DNA of 64,000 nt from Chloroflexota bacterium (GCA_028875055.1 JAPPGG010000031.1:12372-76371); one strand, 5' to 3'. Positions 1 through 8,956 are shown, numbered from the stretch's first letter. A program made the numbers and translations. The notes: generated from the letters alone by a model not told the origin.

Positions 1-40
1 TGGTCGCCCGAATCCCTTCCTTGAAGGGGATGTTCGGTGA
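1..40 (+). CDS. 3' end of a truncated upstream ORF, probable VapB-type antitoxin tail (cut by window edge)
   Basis: Open frame ...GRPNPFLEGDVR ends at TGA 38-40. It overlaps the GTG start of the PIN gene (GTGA junction), as in coupled antitoxin-toxin pairs. Only about 13 codons are visible. Confidence 0.3.
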   Translation, partial: GRPNPFLEGDVR

Positions 41-453
41 CCGGTTACCTCCTTGACACCAATGTAATTTCAGAACTCACAAAGCCAGCCCCGGAAGCGC
101 AAGTCATCGAATTCCTGACTGCCAATGATGACCTTTGGCTGCCTTCCATTGTCATGTACGAATTGGAACTTGGGCTGCAAATCCTGCCCGATGGCGGGCG
201 GCGTGAACGGTTAAGGTCAGTTCAATCATCGCTTCTCGAGGAATACAAAGACCGCATCATTCCTATAGGGCAGCGGGAAGCGGAAATGACTGCTATCCTG
301 CAGGCAGACGCGAGGAAAGCCGGGCAAACAGTTGCATTAGCTGATGCATTAGTAGCCGGAACTGCAAGAGTTCACGACCTGATTGTTGTTTCCAGAAACG
401 TAAGAGACTTTGCTCCCCTATCCGTCACCATCCACAACCCGTGGCTTAAATAG
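37..453 (+). CDS. vapC: PIN-domain ribonuclease toxin (VapC/FitB-like)
   Basis: 138 aa. PIN acidic signature is present: LLDTNV (D), MYELELG (E), LADALVAGTA (D), VVSRNVRDF (D). Size is typical of VapC. Confidence 0.85.
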   Translation: MTGYLLDTNVISELTKPAPEAQVIEFLTANDDLWLPSIVMYELELGLQILPDGGRRERLRSVQSSLLEEYKDRIIPIGQREAEMTAILQADARKAGQTVALADALVAGTARVHDLIVVSRNVRDFAPLSVTIHNPWLK

Positions 454-549
454 CCAGTCCACACCCACTCACCCCACCGGTTGCGCCCAACCCCCTGCCG
501 CCCTATCATACCCCCAGCCAACGCATTCCAATTTTGAGGTTTAGTCCCC

Positions 550-1854
550 ATGTTTCCCCAGAATGTTTTTCCTGATACTGCAGAAATTGACGGGCAGGGG
601 CGGCTGGTTATTGGCGGCTGCTCTGCCCTGGACCTGGCCGAGGAATACGGCACCCCCGTTTACGTGCTGGACGAGGCCACCCTGCGCAACCGCTGCCGCA
701 GCTACCGCGCCGAGTTTGAACAACGGTGCTCCGGCGCGCAGGTCCTCTACGCCTCAAAGGCCTACATCAACCCAGCCCTGGCCCGTATTTTTGACGAGGA
801 GGGCCTGGGCCTGGACGTGGTGTCCGGCGGCGAACTGGCCGTCGCCGCGGCCGCCCAGTTCCCCCTGGAGAAGGTCTATTTCCACGGCAACAACAAGAGC
901 CCGGAGGAACTGGCCTACTCCGTGGAACAGGGCATCGGCCGGATAGTCGTGGACAGCTTCCACGAGCTGGAAGCGCTGGACCGCATCGCGGGAGAGGCGG
1001 GCAAGGTGCAGGACATCCTCATCCGCGTCTCCCCGGGCATCGACCCCCACACCCACGCCTACACCACCACCGGCATCATTGACTCCAAGTTTGGATTCTC
1101 AATTCAGACGGGCCACGCCGCCGACGCCATCCGGCAGGCCCTGGCCGCGCCCAACCTGAACCTGAAAGGGCTGCACTTCCACCTGGGTTCGCCCATCTTT
1201 GAGCTGGAACCCTACGCCGCCGCCACCGACCTGGTGCTGCGCTTCGCCGCCGGTTTCCGCGAGGAGGGCCTGGACCTGCAGGAGTTCAGCCCCGGCGGCG
1301 GCTTTGCCATCGCCTACACCCGCGACCAGGAGCCCCCGGCCATCGGCGAGTACGCAGAGACCATTGTTTCCACCCTGAAGGCTACCTGCGACGAACTGGG
1401 CCTGGCCATCCCCACCCTGCTCATCGAGCCGGGACGCTCCATAGTGGGGCCTGCCGGGGTGGCGCTATACCGCATCGGGGCCATCAAGGACATCCCCGGG
1501 GTGCGCACCTACGTCAGCGTGGACGGCGGCATGGGCGACAACATTCGCCCCGCCCTGTACCAGGCTTCCTACGAGGTGCTGTCGGCGGGCAAGGCCAACG
1601 CCACCGGCGAAGAGCTGGTCACCATCGCCGGCAAGTATTGTGAATCGGGCGACGTGCTGGCCTCGGACATCATGCTGCCCAATCCAGAGTCGGGAGACAT
1701 CATCGCCATTCCTGCCTCGGGGGCCTACTGTCCGTCCATGGCCAGCAATTACAACCTGAACCCGCGCCCGCCCATGGTCCTGGTCAACGAGGGACGGAGC
1801 CGCATCATCCGCCGCCGCGAAAGCTACGCGGATATGATGCTGTGCGACGTATAG
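550..1854 (+). CDS. lysA: diaminopimelate decarboxylase
   Basis: 434 aa. Type III PLP decarboxylase layout: YASKAY lysine region, HFHLGS, EPGRSIVG, CESGD. Confidence 0.93.
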   Translation: MFPQNVFPDTAEIDGQGRLVIGGCSALDLAEEYGTPVYVLDEATLRNRCRSYRAEFEQRCSGAQVLYASKAYINPALARIFDEEGLGLDVVSGGELAVAAAAQFPLEKVYFHGNNKSPEELAYSVEQGIGRIVVDSFHELEALDRIAGEAGKVQDILIRVSPGIDPHTHAYTTTGIIDSKFGFSIQTGHAADAIRQALAAPNLNLKGLHFHLGSPIFELEPYAAATDLVLRFAAGFREEGLDLQEFSPGGGFAIAYTRDQEPPAIGEYAETIVSTLKATCDELGLAIPTLLIEPGRSIVGPAGVALYRIGAIKDIPGVRTYVSVDGGMGDNIRPALYQASYEVLSAGKANATGEELVTIAGKYCESGDVLASDIMLPNPESGDIIAIPASGAYCPSMASNYNLNPRPPMVLVNEGRSRIIRRRESYADMMLCDV

Positions 1855-1869
1855 GGCCCTCACCCCCGG

Positions 1870-1892
1870 CCCCTCTCCCTCAGGGAGAGGGG
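1870..1892. repeat. GC hairpin of the CCYTCC...GGRAGG family, between lysA and holB
   Basis: cccctctccc-tca-gggagagggg: 10-bp perfect stem with a 3-nt loop. Related hairpins occur at 11877, 31309 and 35221. Confidence 0.6.
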
Positions 1893-1903
1893 AGGACTTT
1901 AGC

Positions 1904-3076
1904 ATGTGGCAAATCTACGGGCAGGACCACATAGTCCGGCAACTGGACGCCGCCGTCAGGGCCGACCGGCTGTCCCACGCCTACCTGCTGGTGGGCCCGC
2001 CTCACATTGGCAAAATGGCCCTGGCCATCGACATGGCTCAGGCGGTTAACTGCCTTTCACGACAGCGGCGCAGCACAGGCCGCCCCCCCGGTGGAGGAGG
2101 GGCCGCCGAGTCCGAAGCCCTATCCGGGTTTTTCGATTTTGGCCAGGGTTCGGAGGAAGACTCGCGGGAAAACCCGCCTGGCGAAACCGATGGGAGTGAG
2201 ACCAAGCCGCCGGCCCCCATTGCGGAAAATACCGAATCCGTCCCCTGCGGCCAGTGCCGCCAGTGTATACGGGTAGCTGAAGGCATCCATCCGGACGTAC
2301 GAGTTATTGGAGTTGGTACGGGAGACGCCGAGGATGTCAACCGGCGGGATATCCGGATCGAACAAGTACGGGAGATCGAGTCATTCCTCAACCTAACTCC
2401 CTACGAAGGCGCCAGCAAGGTGGTTATAGTTGACGGGGCCGAGCTGATGAATACGGCAGCCGCCAACGCGCTTCTCAAGACGCTGGAAGAACCGCCTCCC
2501 GACTCCTTACTTCTGCTCCTGACTGCCAGCGAAGACGCTCTGCTGCCTACCATACGCTCCCGTTGCAGCGCACTTTATTTGAAACCCGTGGCCAAGGCCG
2601 CGCTGCAAGACAAGCTGGCCCAGGATTACGCCGCCGACCCTGAAACGGCCGAGCGAGTTGCCCGCCTTTCCAGGGGTTGCTTTGGCCAGGCAGTCACCGC
2701 TCTGCAGGACTCCCAGCCCCTGGAGCAGCGCGAGGCCGACCTGGAACGCCTGCAGGAAATCTGCGAGAGCGGCCTGGACGTGCGGTTTGAATATGCCGCA
2801 GAGGTGGCCAACCGGTTCAGCCGGGACCGGGATGCTGCCCGGGAACTGCTCTACCTGTGGCTGCGCTGGTGGCGCGACCTGCTCCTGGTCAAGGAAGGCG
2901 CCGAAGAGTACCTGCATAACGCGGATCGGTCCATGCCCCTGCGTCTCCAGGCCTCCCGGTTGTCCACGGGCCAGGTGGTGGAGTATATCAAGCGGATTAA
3001 CCGGACTCTGGAAGCCCTGGACGCAAACGCCAACCCGCGCCTGACCCTTGAGACGTTGATGCTGGGTTTGCCCTGA
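1904..3076 (+). CDS. holB: DNA polymerase III subunit delta' with a ~60-aa insertion in the zinc module
   Basis: 390 aa. N-terminus HAYLLVGPPHIGK (degenerate Walker A), then NC...CGQCRQC zinc module, VVIVDGAELM and SRC motif (TIRSRC). RBS ggagga lies upstream of the ATG. Confidence 0.85.
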   Translation: MWQIYGQDHIVRQLDAAVRADRLSHAYLLVGPPHIGKMALAIDMAQAVNCLSRQRRSTGRPPGGGGAAESEALSGFFDFGQGSEEDSRENPPGETDGSETKPPAPIAENTESVPCGQCRQCIRVAEGIHPDVRVIGVGTGDAEDVNRRDIRIEQVREIESFLNLTPYEGASKVVIVDGAELMNTAAANALLKTLEEPPPDSLLLLLTASEDALLPTIRSRCSALYLKPVAKAALQDKLAQDYAADPETAERVARLSRGCFGQAVTALQDSQPLEQREADLERLQEICESGLDVRFEYAAEVANRFSRDRDAARELLYLWLRWWRDLLLVKEGAEEYLHNADRSMPLRLQASRLSTGQVVEYIKRINRTLEALDANANPRLTLETLMLGLP

Positions 3077-3136
3077 ACCCGGGTGTAAAATAGAAGTTGA
3101 TGCTGGGTTTGCCCTGAACCCGGGTGTAAAATAGAA
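3055..3136 (+). repeat. perfect 41-bp tandem duplication (2 copies) spanning the holB stop codon
   Basis: gttgatgctgggtttgccctgaacccgggtgtaaaatagaa at 3055-3095 is repeated identically at 3096-3136. Confidence 0.97.
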
Positions 3137-3204
3137 AGAGAAGCTCCAAACTGGCGTGGCGAGGTATTTGCTCCTGCCGGGCGGCCGTTTAGAATGTTCG
3201 CTGG

Positions 3205-3639
3205 ATGGAGAATGAGCGAACAACGTGGTGGTTCTGGATACCAGCCCTGCCCAAACCTTTAATCGTGGCCGCGTGGGCGGTTTTCTGGTCTCTGGCCACG
3301 GGCGCGCCCTACATGAGGGATCTGGCTGTTCCCCACCAGCCCTGGTGGCTGGACATATGGCACGGGGTTGGCGGCAATGCCATCGGAGTCTTCACCTGGA
3401 CGGTAATTGCTGTTCAGCTCACCTCGGAGGTTGTTTATATGATTTTCACCTTCAGGGCCAACAAACGTCAGGTAGAAGAAGCCGCGATCAGGAACCGCGA
3501 TCAGGAACCGCGAAGAGGGACGGGAAGAGGGACGGGAAGAGATGCGCCTGGAATGGCAGGCGTGGCTGGACCAAATTCAAGACAGGCCACCGGAGGACTG
3601 GCCCCCGCCGCCAAGTTCTGGCAACGGCGCCAGCAATGA
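3205..3639 (+). CDS. hypothetical membrane protein; the C-terminal third is probably out of frame because of a 13-bp duplication
   Basis: 144 aa. Two or three hydrophobic segments (WWFWIPALPKPLIVAAWAVFWSLA; AIGVFTWTVIAVQL). The tail after residue ~98 is R/G/A/P-rich, like wrong-frame high-GC translation. Confidence 0.55.
   Translation: MENERTTWWFWIPALPKPLIVAAWAVFWSLATGAPYMRDLAVPHQPWWLDIWHGVGGNAIGVFTWTVIAVQLTSEVVYMIFTFRANKRQVEEAAIRNRDQEPRRGTGRGTGRDAPGMAGVAGPNSRQATGGLAPAAKFWQRRQQ
3486..3541 (+). repeat. adjacent short tandem repeats: 13 bp x2 (gatcaggaaccgc) then 12 bp x2.5 (gaagagggacgg)
   Basis: Read directly: 3486-3498 equals 3499-3511. 3512-3523 equals 3524-3535, followed by a partial copy. 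Confidence 0.95.
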
Positions 3640-3792
3640 CCACAAGGGGAAGTAAAGGGGCCCTCTGCTTCCCACGCACATAAGTGTGCGTCTTTCGAGG
3701 TACACACCCTGCATCCCGGCACGACAGAGAGGGCAGGTCTAGTCCTGCCCTTGGCACGTCACGGATCTTTTCCGGTCCCCCACGTTACCTCT

Positions 3793-4440
3793 TCAGTCAT
3801 CCCCCTCAAAACTCCAGGGCAAGTAAGGGCGCCACTCGTCCAGAATGGCGCGGTTCTGCAGAATGCGGTAGGGGTTGGGCTGCGGTACCCTGGGCTCCGT
3901 CTTCAGGCGCATGTTGGCCTCTTCGGGGGTGCGACCAGCCTTCCGCAGGTTGCACCGGCTGCAGGCGGCCACGACATTCTCCCAGGTGTGCGCCCCCTTC
4001 TGCCGACGGGGCACCACGTGGTCCAGGGTCAGTTCCTGGTTCTTCTTGCCGCAATACTGACAGGTGTACTGGTCGCGCAGGAAGATCTCCTTCTTGGAGA
4101 GCTTGCGCGGAGCGAAGGGACGCTTGACCAGGTAAACCAGCCTGATGATGGACGGGGCGTCAACGGTGGCGGTTACGGTGCGTACTTCTCCCCGATGATT
4201 CTCCAGCAACTCGGCTTTACCCTTGCTCAGGAGAATGATGGCGCGGCGGACTGTGGAAACATTGATGGGAACGTAGTTGAGGTTCAGCACCAGCACCGGA
4301 GAACTCAAGACACGGTCAGTTGCCAGTTCCGGAGCGTGGCCGTTGCCGATTAGGCCACCTATGTCCGTCGCCTTTTGCCCGTTCTGGTCCTGTCCAGCCA
4401 CCGTCACCTCGCTCATATTGGCTTCCGCCAAGAATGCCAA
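3793..4440 (-). CDS. HNH endonuclease family protein
   Basis: 215 aa. CQYCG...LTLDHVVPRRQKGAHTWENVVAACSRCNLRK is an HNH motif with a CxxC...CxxC zinc site. Confidence 0.85.
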   Translation of the reverse strand: MAFLAEANMSEVTVAGQDQNGQKATDIGGLIGNGHAPELATDRVLSSPVLVLNLNYVPINVSTVRRAIILLSKGKAELLENHRGEVRTVTATVDAPSIIRLVYLVKRPFAPRKLSKKEIFLRDQYTCQYCGKKNQELTLDHVVPRRQKGAHTWENVVAACSRCNLRKAGRTPEEANMRLKTEPRVPQPNPYRILQNRAILDEWRPYLPWSFEGDD

Positions 4441-4489
4441 GTCGGGGAACCGGTTCGGAGGTCAAGGGGATGTTAATGACTTTCCGGTA

Positions 4490-5194
4490 TTATATACCAA
4501 CTTTTGGAAATGTGGTGTCCTCGCCGGAGGACCGTCCCAGCCTGCTCAACAGGTAACTCCTCAGCAAGCCGAGGGGCAACAGGACCGACGCGCCGAACAG
4601 ATAACCGCCCAAAACATCGCTGGGCCAGTGGACGCCCAAATAGACCCTGGACAACCCAACTCCCACAATCAACAGGACCAGCGCTACAGTGAATCCCCAG
4701 CGAAGCCGTCGGTCCTCAACATGCTGCCAGGTGAGGAAAATTAACGCCCCGCACAGCAATATCGCGAAGGCGGCGTGGCCGCTGGGGAACCCCATGTCGT
4801 GGGGCACGGGTTCCACAATCGCCATGTCGGGTCGTGGTCGGCCGACGAGGGCCTTGAGGGGATGGGTCAGCAGGGCCGAGGCAACAGCCAGGCCGAACAG
4901 CAAGGCATCCACTCTCAACTTTCGCCACAAGAGGACGGCCACCACGGCCAGCGACACCGCCGCCGAAACCGGATACCAGCCCAAACGGGTCAGCGTCGCC
5001 AGCGCCGCCGTAAGCGGCGGACTTTGCCAGCCTTGAACCGCCGTTAACAGCGCCTCATCGCCTGGCCAGCGGGGGAAGGCCCAGGCCAGCGCTAAGGCGG
5101 CCACCGCGACCGGAATTGTGCAGACCGTCGCTGCGCCATAGAAGCGTGCCTGGCGAAAGGCATATTCAATGAGGACCCCGGTGAGGGCAATCAC
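4490..5194 (-). CDS. PAP2-family membrane phosphatase
   Basis: 234 aa, multi-TM. Carries the three PAP2 motifs: KALVGRPRP, PSGH, SRVYLGVHWPSD. Confidence 0.85.
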   Translation of the reverse strand: MIALTGVLIEYAFRQARFYGAATVCTIPVAVAALALAWAFPRWPGDEALLTAVQGWQSPPLTAALATLTRLGWYPVSAAVSLAVVAVLLWRKLRVDALLFGLAVASALLTHPLKALVGRPRPDMAIVEPVPHDMGFPSGHAAFAILLCGALIFLTWQHVEDRRLRWGFTVALVLLIVGVGLSRVYLGVHWPSDVLGGYLFGASVLLPLGLLRSYLLSRLGRSSGEDTTFPKVGI

Positions 5195-5358
5195 AGACAG
5201 AACCTGATTAGTGATTTCTGCCAGTGTAGCAGGTTGACCAGCGTCCGCGGGACAGGCTGGCAGGGCGGATCCCTGCCTGTGCTATACTCGAGAGACCGGC
5301 AAGTCTGTATCTGTTAGGGCCCGCTAAACGCGCTTCCCGTCACCCTGGAGGGTATCTA

Positions 5359-6060
5359 TTGTTCGGTAGGGTTGGAGCCATTGCCATTGACGGCCAGGCC
5401 GCCGCCGGTAAGACGGTGGTGGGAAGGGAGTTGGCCCTTCGGCTGGGCTGCCCCTTTCTGGATACCGGCATTATGTACCGCGCCGTCACCTGGCTGGCCC
5501 TCAATGAAGGTGTGTCCATGGAAGACGAAGCGGCTCTCCGCGAGCTGGCCAGCGGCTCCGCCATGCGGCCCGGCGACCGGGCAGACAACGGGATTCTCCT
5601 GGGTGACCGAATGCTGGGACCGGAGCTGAGAACGGCAGAGGTTGACCAGCACGTATCTCTGGTGGCCAGGGTCTCCGGCGTGCGGCGGGAGATGGTCAGC
5701 CAGCAAAGGGACATCGCCGCCAGGGCTTGCCAGGAGTCGGGGGGCATTGTAATGGTGGGTCGGGACATTGGCACAGTGGTCCTGCCCGACGCCGACCTGA
5801 AGGTATTTATGGTTGCCTCTCCCGAGGTACGGGCCCAGCGTCGCTACAACGAACTCACTTCCCAGGGACAGGCCGCCGACTACCAGGAAATCCTGGACAA
5901 TGCCCTGTCCAGGGACCGGATAGACTCGCAGAGGACCGATTCTCCCCTGGCCCAGGCGGCGGATGCCCTGCTGGTAGATACCAGTGACCTGACCATCGAA
6001 CAGGTGGTGGGGAAGATCCTGGAAGGACTGGAATCTTCCACGGAGCGGACACCCCGGTGA
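5359..6060 (+). CDS. cmk: cytidylate kinase
   Basis: 233 aa. IAIDGQAAAGKT P-loop, LDTGIMYRAVT, and a C-terminal RD..D..R region typical of Cmk. The start is TTG. Confidence 0.9.
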   Translation: MFGRVGAIAIDGQAAAGKTVVGRELALRLGCPFLDTGIMYRAVTWLALNEGVSMEDEAALRELASGSAMRPGDRADNGILLGDRMLGPELRTAEVDQHVSLVARVSGVRREMVSQQRDIAARACQESGGIVMVGRDIGTVVLPDADLKVFMVASPEVRAQRRYNELTSQGQAADYQEILDNALSRDRIDSQRTDSPLAQAADALLVDTSDLTIEQVVGKILEGLESSTERTPR

Positions 6061-6725
6061 CGGTACTTTACGGCCCGGGCAGAACTCTGGCCCGCATCTG
6101 CTTCAACGCCTTCGGCCGCATGGAAGTCACCGGCCGGGAGAACGTCCCTCCCTACGGACCGCTGATCGTGGTGGCCAACCACATCTCCTACAACGACCCC
6201 CCGTCCCTAGCCGCCGCCCTGCCCAGGCCTCTGTCCTTTCTGGGCAAGCAGGAGCTTTTTGTTCCCCAGGCCAAGGGGTGGCTGTTTAACTCGCTGCGGG
6301 TATATCCCGTGGACCGCAGCTTTGGGGTCAGCGCCCTGCGCGCTGCCCTTGACCTGCTGTCTCGGGACGAAGCGGTGGTCGTTTTTCCCGAAGGGCAGCG
6401 CAGCCCCGAAATGAAGCTGATCAAGGGCATGGCTGGCGCGGCCTATCTCGCCATGAAGTCCCAGGCGCCGATTCTGCCCGTCGGGATTACCGGCACGGAA
6501 AAGTTCCCCCACCAGCGGATGCCCTTCCCGATGTGCCGCTTCCAGGTAAATATTGGGCTGCCCTTCACCCCGCCGGTACTGGAAGGCGGTCAGACCCGGG
6601 TAGCCGCCGAGGCGGTGCTGGAAATGATTATGCAGCGGATTGCCATGCAGCTGCCGGAGGAGTATCGGGGGGAGTATGGGTATCCGCCGATAGGCACGAC
6701 CATTGGGGAAGGAACCTCTGATTAG
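6057..6725 (+). CDS. plsC: 1-acyl-sn-glycerol-3-phosphate acyltransferase
   Basis: 222 aa. NHISYND (HX4D) and FPEGQRS motifs. The GTG start overlaps the cmk stop (GTGA). Confidence 0.85.
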   Translation: MTVLYGPGRTLARICFNAFGRMEVTGRENVPPYGPLIVVANHISYNDPPSLAAALPRPLSFLGKQELFVPQAKGWLFNSLRVYPVDRSFGVSALRAALDLLSRDEAVVVFPEGQRSPEMKLIKGMAGAAYLAMKSQAPILPVGITGTEKFPHQRMPFPMCRFQVNIGLPFTPPVLEGGQTRVAAEAVLEMIMQRIAMQLPEEYRGEYGYPPIGTTIGEGTSD

Positions 6726-6747
6726 AGGAGATGGGCCAACCATTTTC

Positions 6748-7146
6748 TTACTTCGTGGCCATGTCCTCGGCATCGTGAATGTAGTCCATTGTTTCCTGAA
6801 CGTCAGCGATGATGTCTTCTTCCGGCTCCAGAATTCCGTCGTTGAAGCAGGCTCCGTGCAGGAAGGACTGACGATAGCCGTAACGGGCGCGCAACGGCTC
6901 AAGAGAAGGGTCCTGTCGTCGCAGCTGCCGAATCATGCGCATAGTCTGTCCGGAGGTCCGCGGCACTTCGCCGGTGCGCGCCAGAATCAGGGCATCGGTG
7001 GCGCGCTTGGTAGCGCACCAAGCCTTGTCTGCCGCGTTTCGCAACTTGCCCAAGGCCAGCATTTCCATGGCGTCTTCATACAGGTTCCGCGCGTCGGCAA
7101 AGAGAAAGTTTACACGGTCTTTTTCAAGCATATAGCCCCGTACCAC
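6748..7146 (-). CDS. PaREP1/HEPN-like family protein (tentative)
   Basis: 132 aa, all-helical. AADKAWCATKRATDALILA ... SFLHGACF resembles the PaREP1 pattern (KaWgA...LH.nFY). Confidence 0.5.
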   Translation of the reverse strand: MVRGYMLEKDRVNFLFADARNLYEDAMEMLALGKLRNAADKAWCATKRATDALILARTGEVPRTSGQTMRMIRQLRRQDPSLEPLRARYGYRQSFLHGACFNDGILEPEEDIIADVQETMDYIHDAEDMATK

Positions 7147-7203
7147 CAGTGATCATAGCGAGGGACAAAATCAAAAACTCATAAGTTATTTTTGGATGTA
7201 GGT

Positions 7204-7476
7204 TTACTTTCTGTGTAAGTCGCTAGGAGGAGCAGGAAATTCGGGGTGCCCCTCCTTAAACCATCCAAAACAAACTTCGGCAAGATATTGTATTTGCTGC
7301 TTCACTATGGGGTCTGGATGTTCTGTCCCTAACCTCCGAGACCGGATTCCTGCTTCGGGCTCAGGGAGGCACAACTCCCACATCAAATCGTTGAAATACG
7401 CAGGGTCTTCAAGATGTCTCCCATACGGACTACACGAAAGCCTGCTTGCAACAGGAGGGAGGAGCAAGATTCCCAT
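7204..7476 (-). CDS. hypothetical protein in an AT-richer islet
   Basis: ATG-initiated 90-codon ORF (MGILLLPP...FGWFKEGHPEF). No recognisable domain; coding status is uncertain. Confidence 0.25.
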   Translation of the reverse strand: MGILLLPPVASRLSCSPYGRHLEDPAYFNDLMWELCLPEPEAGIRSRRLGTEHPDPIVKQQIQYLAEVCFGWFKEGHPEFPAPPSDLHRK

Positions 7477-7596
7477 TAGAAGAAACTTGCACAAAATTCG
7501 GCATCCATTGTACGACAGAGCCCGGTGGTGAGCTACTCAACCGCCGGGCTCTTCTCGTGTTTCCAACACTAGCTACGCTTTCCCTCCCCGTTGTCT

Positions 7597-7860
7597 CTAC
7601 TTTCCGTATTCCTGCCACGCACCGTACATTTCTTGAAAGATTCCGGCGCATTCCCTGCACCGCTTACCGGAATCCCAACCTGCGAAAATCCTAGGGTCTT
7701 CAGTGTAACCCTCCGGGTCTTCCTTCAATGTACCCAATCGGGCGAGCCCTCCCCTTTTACACAAGGTAGTGATTCCGACCATATTCCCCGGCCTTGGTGT
7801 GTATGGTCGGGGATGCTGTTGAGTCACAAAACAAAGGGGTTTCTGATACAGAACGGCCAT
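7597..7860 (-). CDS. hypothetical Cys-containing small protein in an AT-richer islet
   Basis: 87 aa (MAVLYQKPLCFVTQ...GKRCRECAGIF). No recognisable domain. Confidence 0.3.
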   Translation of the reverse strand: MAVLYQKPLCFVTQQHPRPYTPRPGNMVGITTLCKRGGLARLGTLKEDPEGYTEDPRIFAGWDSGKRCRECAGIFQEMYGAWQEYGK

Positions 7861-7981
7861 CTTGACCTTGCCTCAATGGTCATCACATTTTAATTCTGCA
7901 GTACGCAGGAAAATAATGACGACAAAGGGGCAGAGATTTTGCCTTTCCCTGCACCTCGCCAGACACTCATACCAAGATGCT

Positions 7982-8878
7982 CTACGCCGGCGCCACTATA
8001 TCCATTTCGTACCGTGCCAGCACCTCTTCTATCTGGGCAGCCGATTTTTCGTCGGCCGGTATCAGCGGCAGGCGGGGGTTGCCCACGTTGAAGCCCACGT
8101 GGTTCAGCGAGTGCTTCACGGGGATGGGGTTGGAGACGATGAACAGCACCTTGAAGATCTCCAGCAGGCGGCGGTGCTCGGCGGCGGCTCCCTCCACGTC
8201 GCCCTCCAGCAGCAGGCCCATCATCTGCTTGATCTGGTTGCCCACCAGGTGCGAGGCCACGCTGACCACGCCGTAGCCGCCGGTGGCCATGATGTAGAAG
8301 GTCTCGTTGTCGTTGCCGCTCCAGACGCGGAACCCGTCCCGCGACCCCTCGATGATGCGGGTAATCTGGTCCATGTCGCTTCCGGCTTCCTTGACCCCGA
8401 CGATGTTGTCCACGTGGCTCAGGCGGATGGTGGTGTCGTGGGTCATGTTCAGGCTGGTACGGCTGGTGACGTTGTAAAGCATGCAGGGCAGGTTGACGTG
8501 GGCGGCAATAGTCTTGAAGTGCTGGTACAGACCCTCCTGGGGCGGCTTGTTGTAGTAGGGGACCACCAGCAGCAGGCCGTCCACACCGGCCTTCTCCGCC
8601 TCCATGCTCAGCTCGATGCTTTCGGAGGTACTGTAGTTGCCCGTGCCGGCTATCACGGCGCCCCGGTCGCCCACGGCGTCCTTGATTTCCCCGTAGAGCC
8701 GGATTTTCTCTTCGGTGGTGAGGGTAGGGGACTCGCCGGTGGTACCGGACACGATGACGCCGTCACTGCCCGAATCCAGCAGAGCGTTGGCAAGACGCTT
8801 GGCCTGGTCATAGTCCACTCGCCCCTCGTCATCAAAGGGAGTTACCATAGCCGTTATCAGTCTGCCTATCTCCGTCAT
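7982..8878 (-). CDS. dapA: 4-hydroxy-tetrahydrodipicolinate synthase
   Basis: 298 aa. TAMVTPF, GTTGES, YNKP and the active-site lysine context VGVKEA. Confidence 0.95.
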   Translation of the reverse strand: MTEIGRLITAMVTPFDDEGRVDYDQAKRLANALLDSGSDGVIVSGTTGESPTLTTEEKIRLYGEIKDAVGDRGAVIAGTGNYSTSESIELSMEAEKAGVDGLLLVVPYYNKPPQEGLYQHFKTIAAHVNLPCMLYNVTSRTSLNMTHDTTIRLSHVDNIVGVKEAGSDMDQITRIIEGSRDGFRVWSGNDNETFYIMATGGYGVVSVASHLVGNQIKQMMGLLLEGDVEGAAAEHRRLLEIFKVLFIVSNPIPVKHSLNHVGFNVGNPRLPLIPADEKSAAQIEEVLARYEMDIVAPA

Positions 8879-8956
8879 GCTGACCCTCCTCGTAAGATTT
8901 TGCGGCCATTATACACGGTGGGGGCAAATTCTGCTTGGCGTGACCAGGGCCTGCCA

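Noticed and set aside
454-549. Possible lysine riboswitch upstream of lysA.
   Set aside because: The gap is under 100 nt, too short for an L-box, and I see no recognisable L-box conserved segments.
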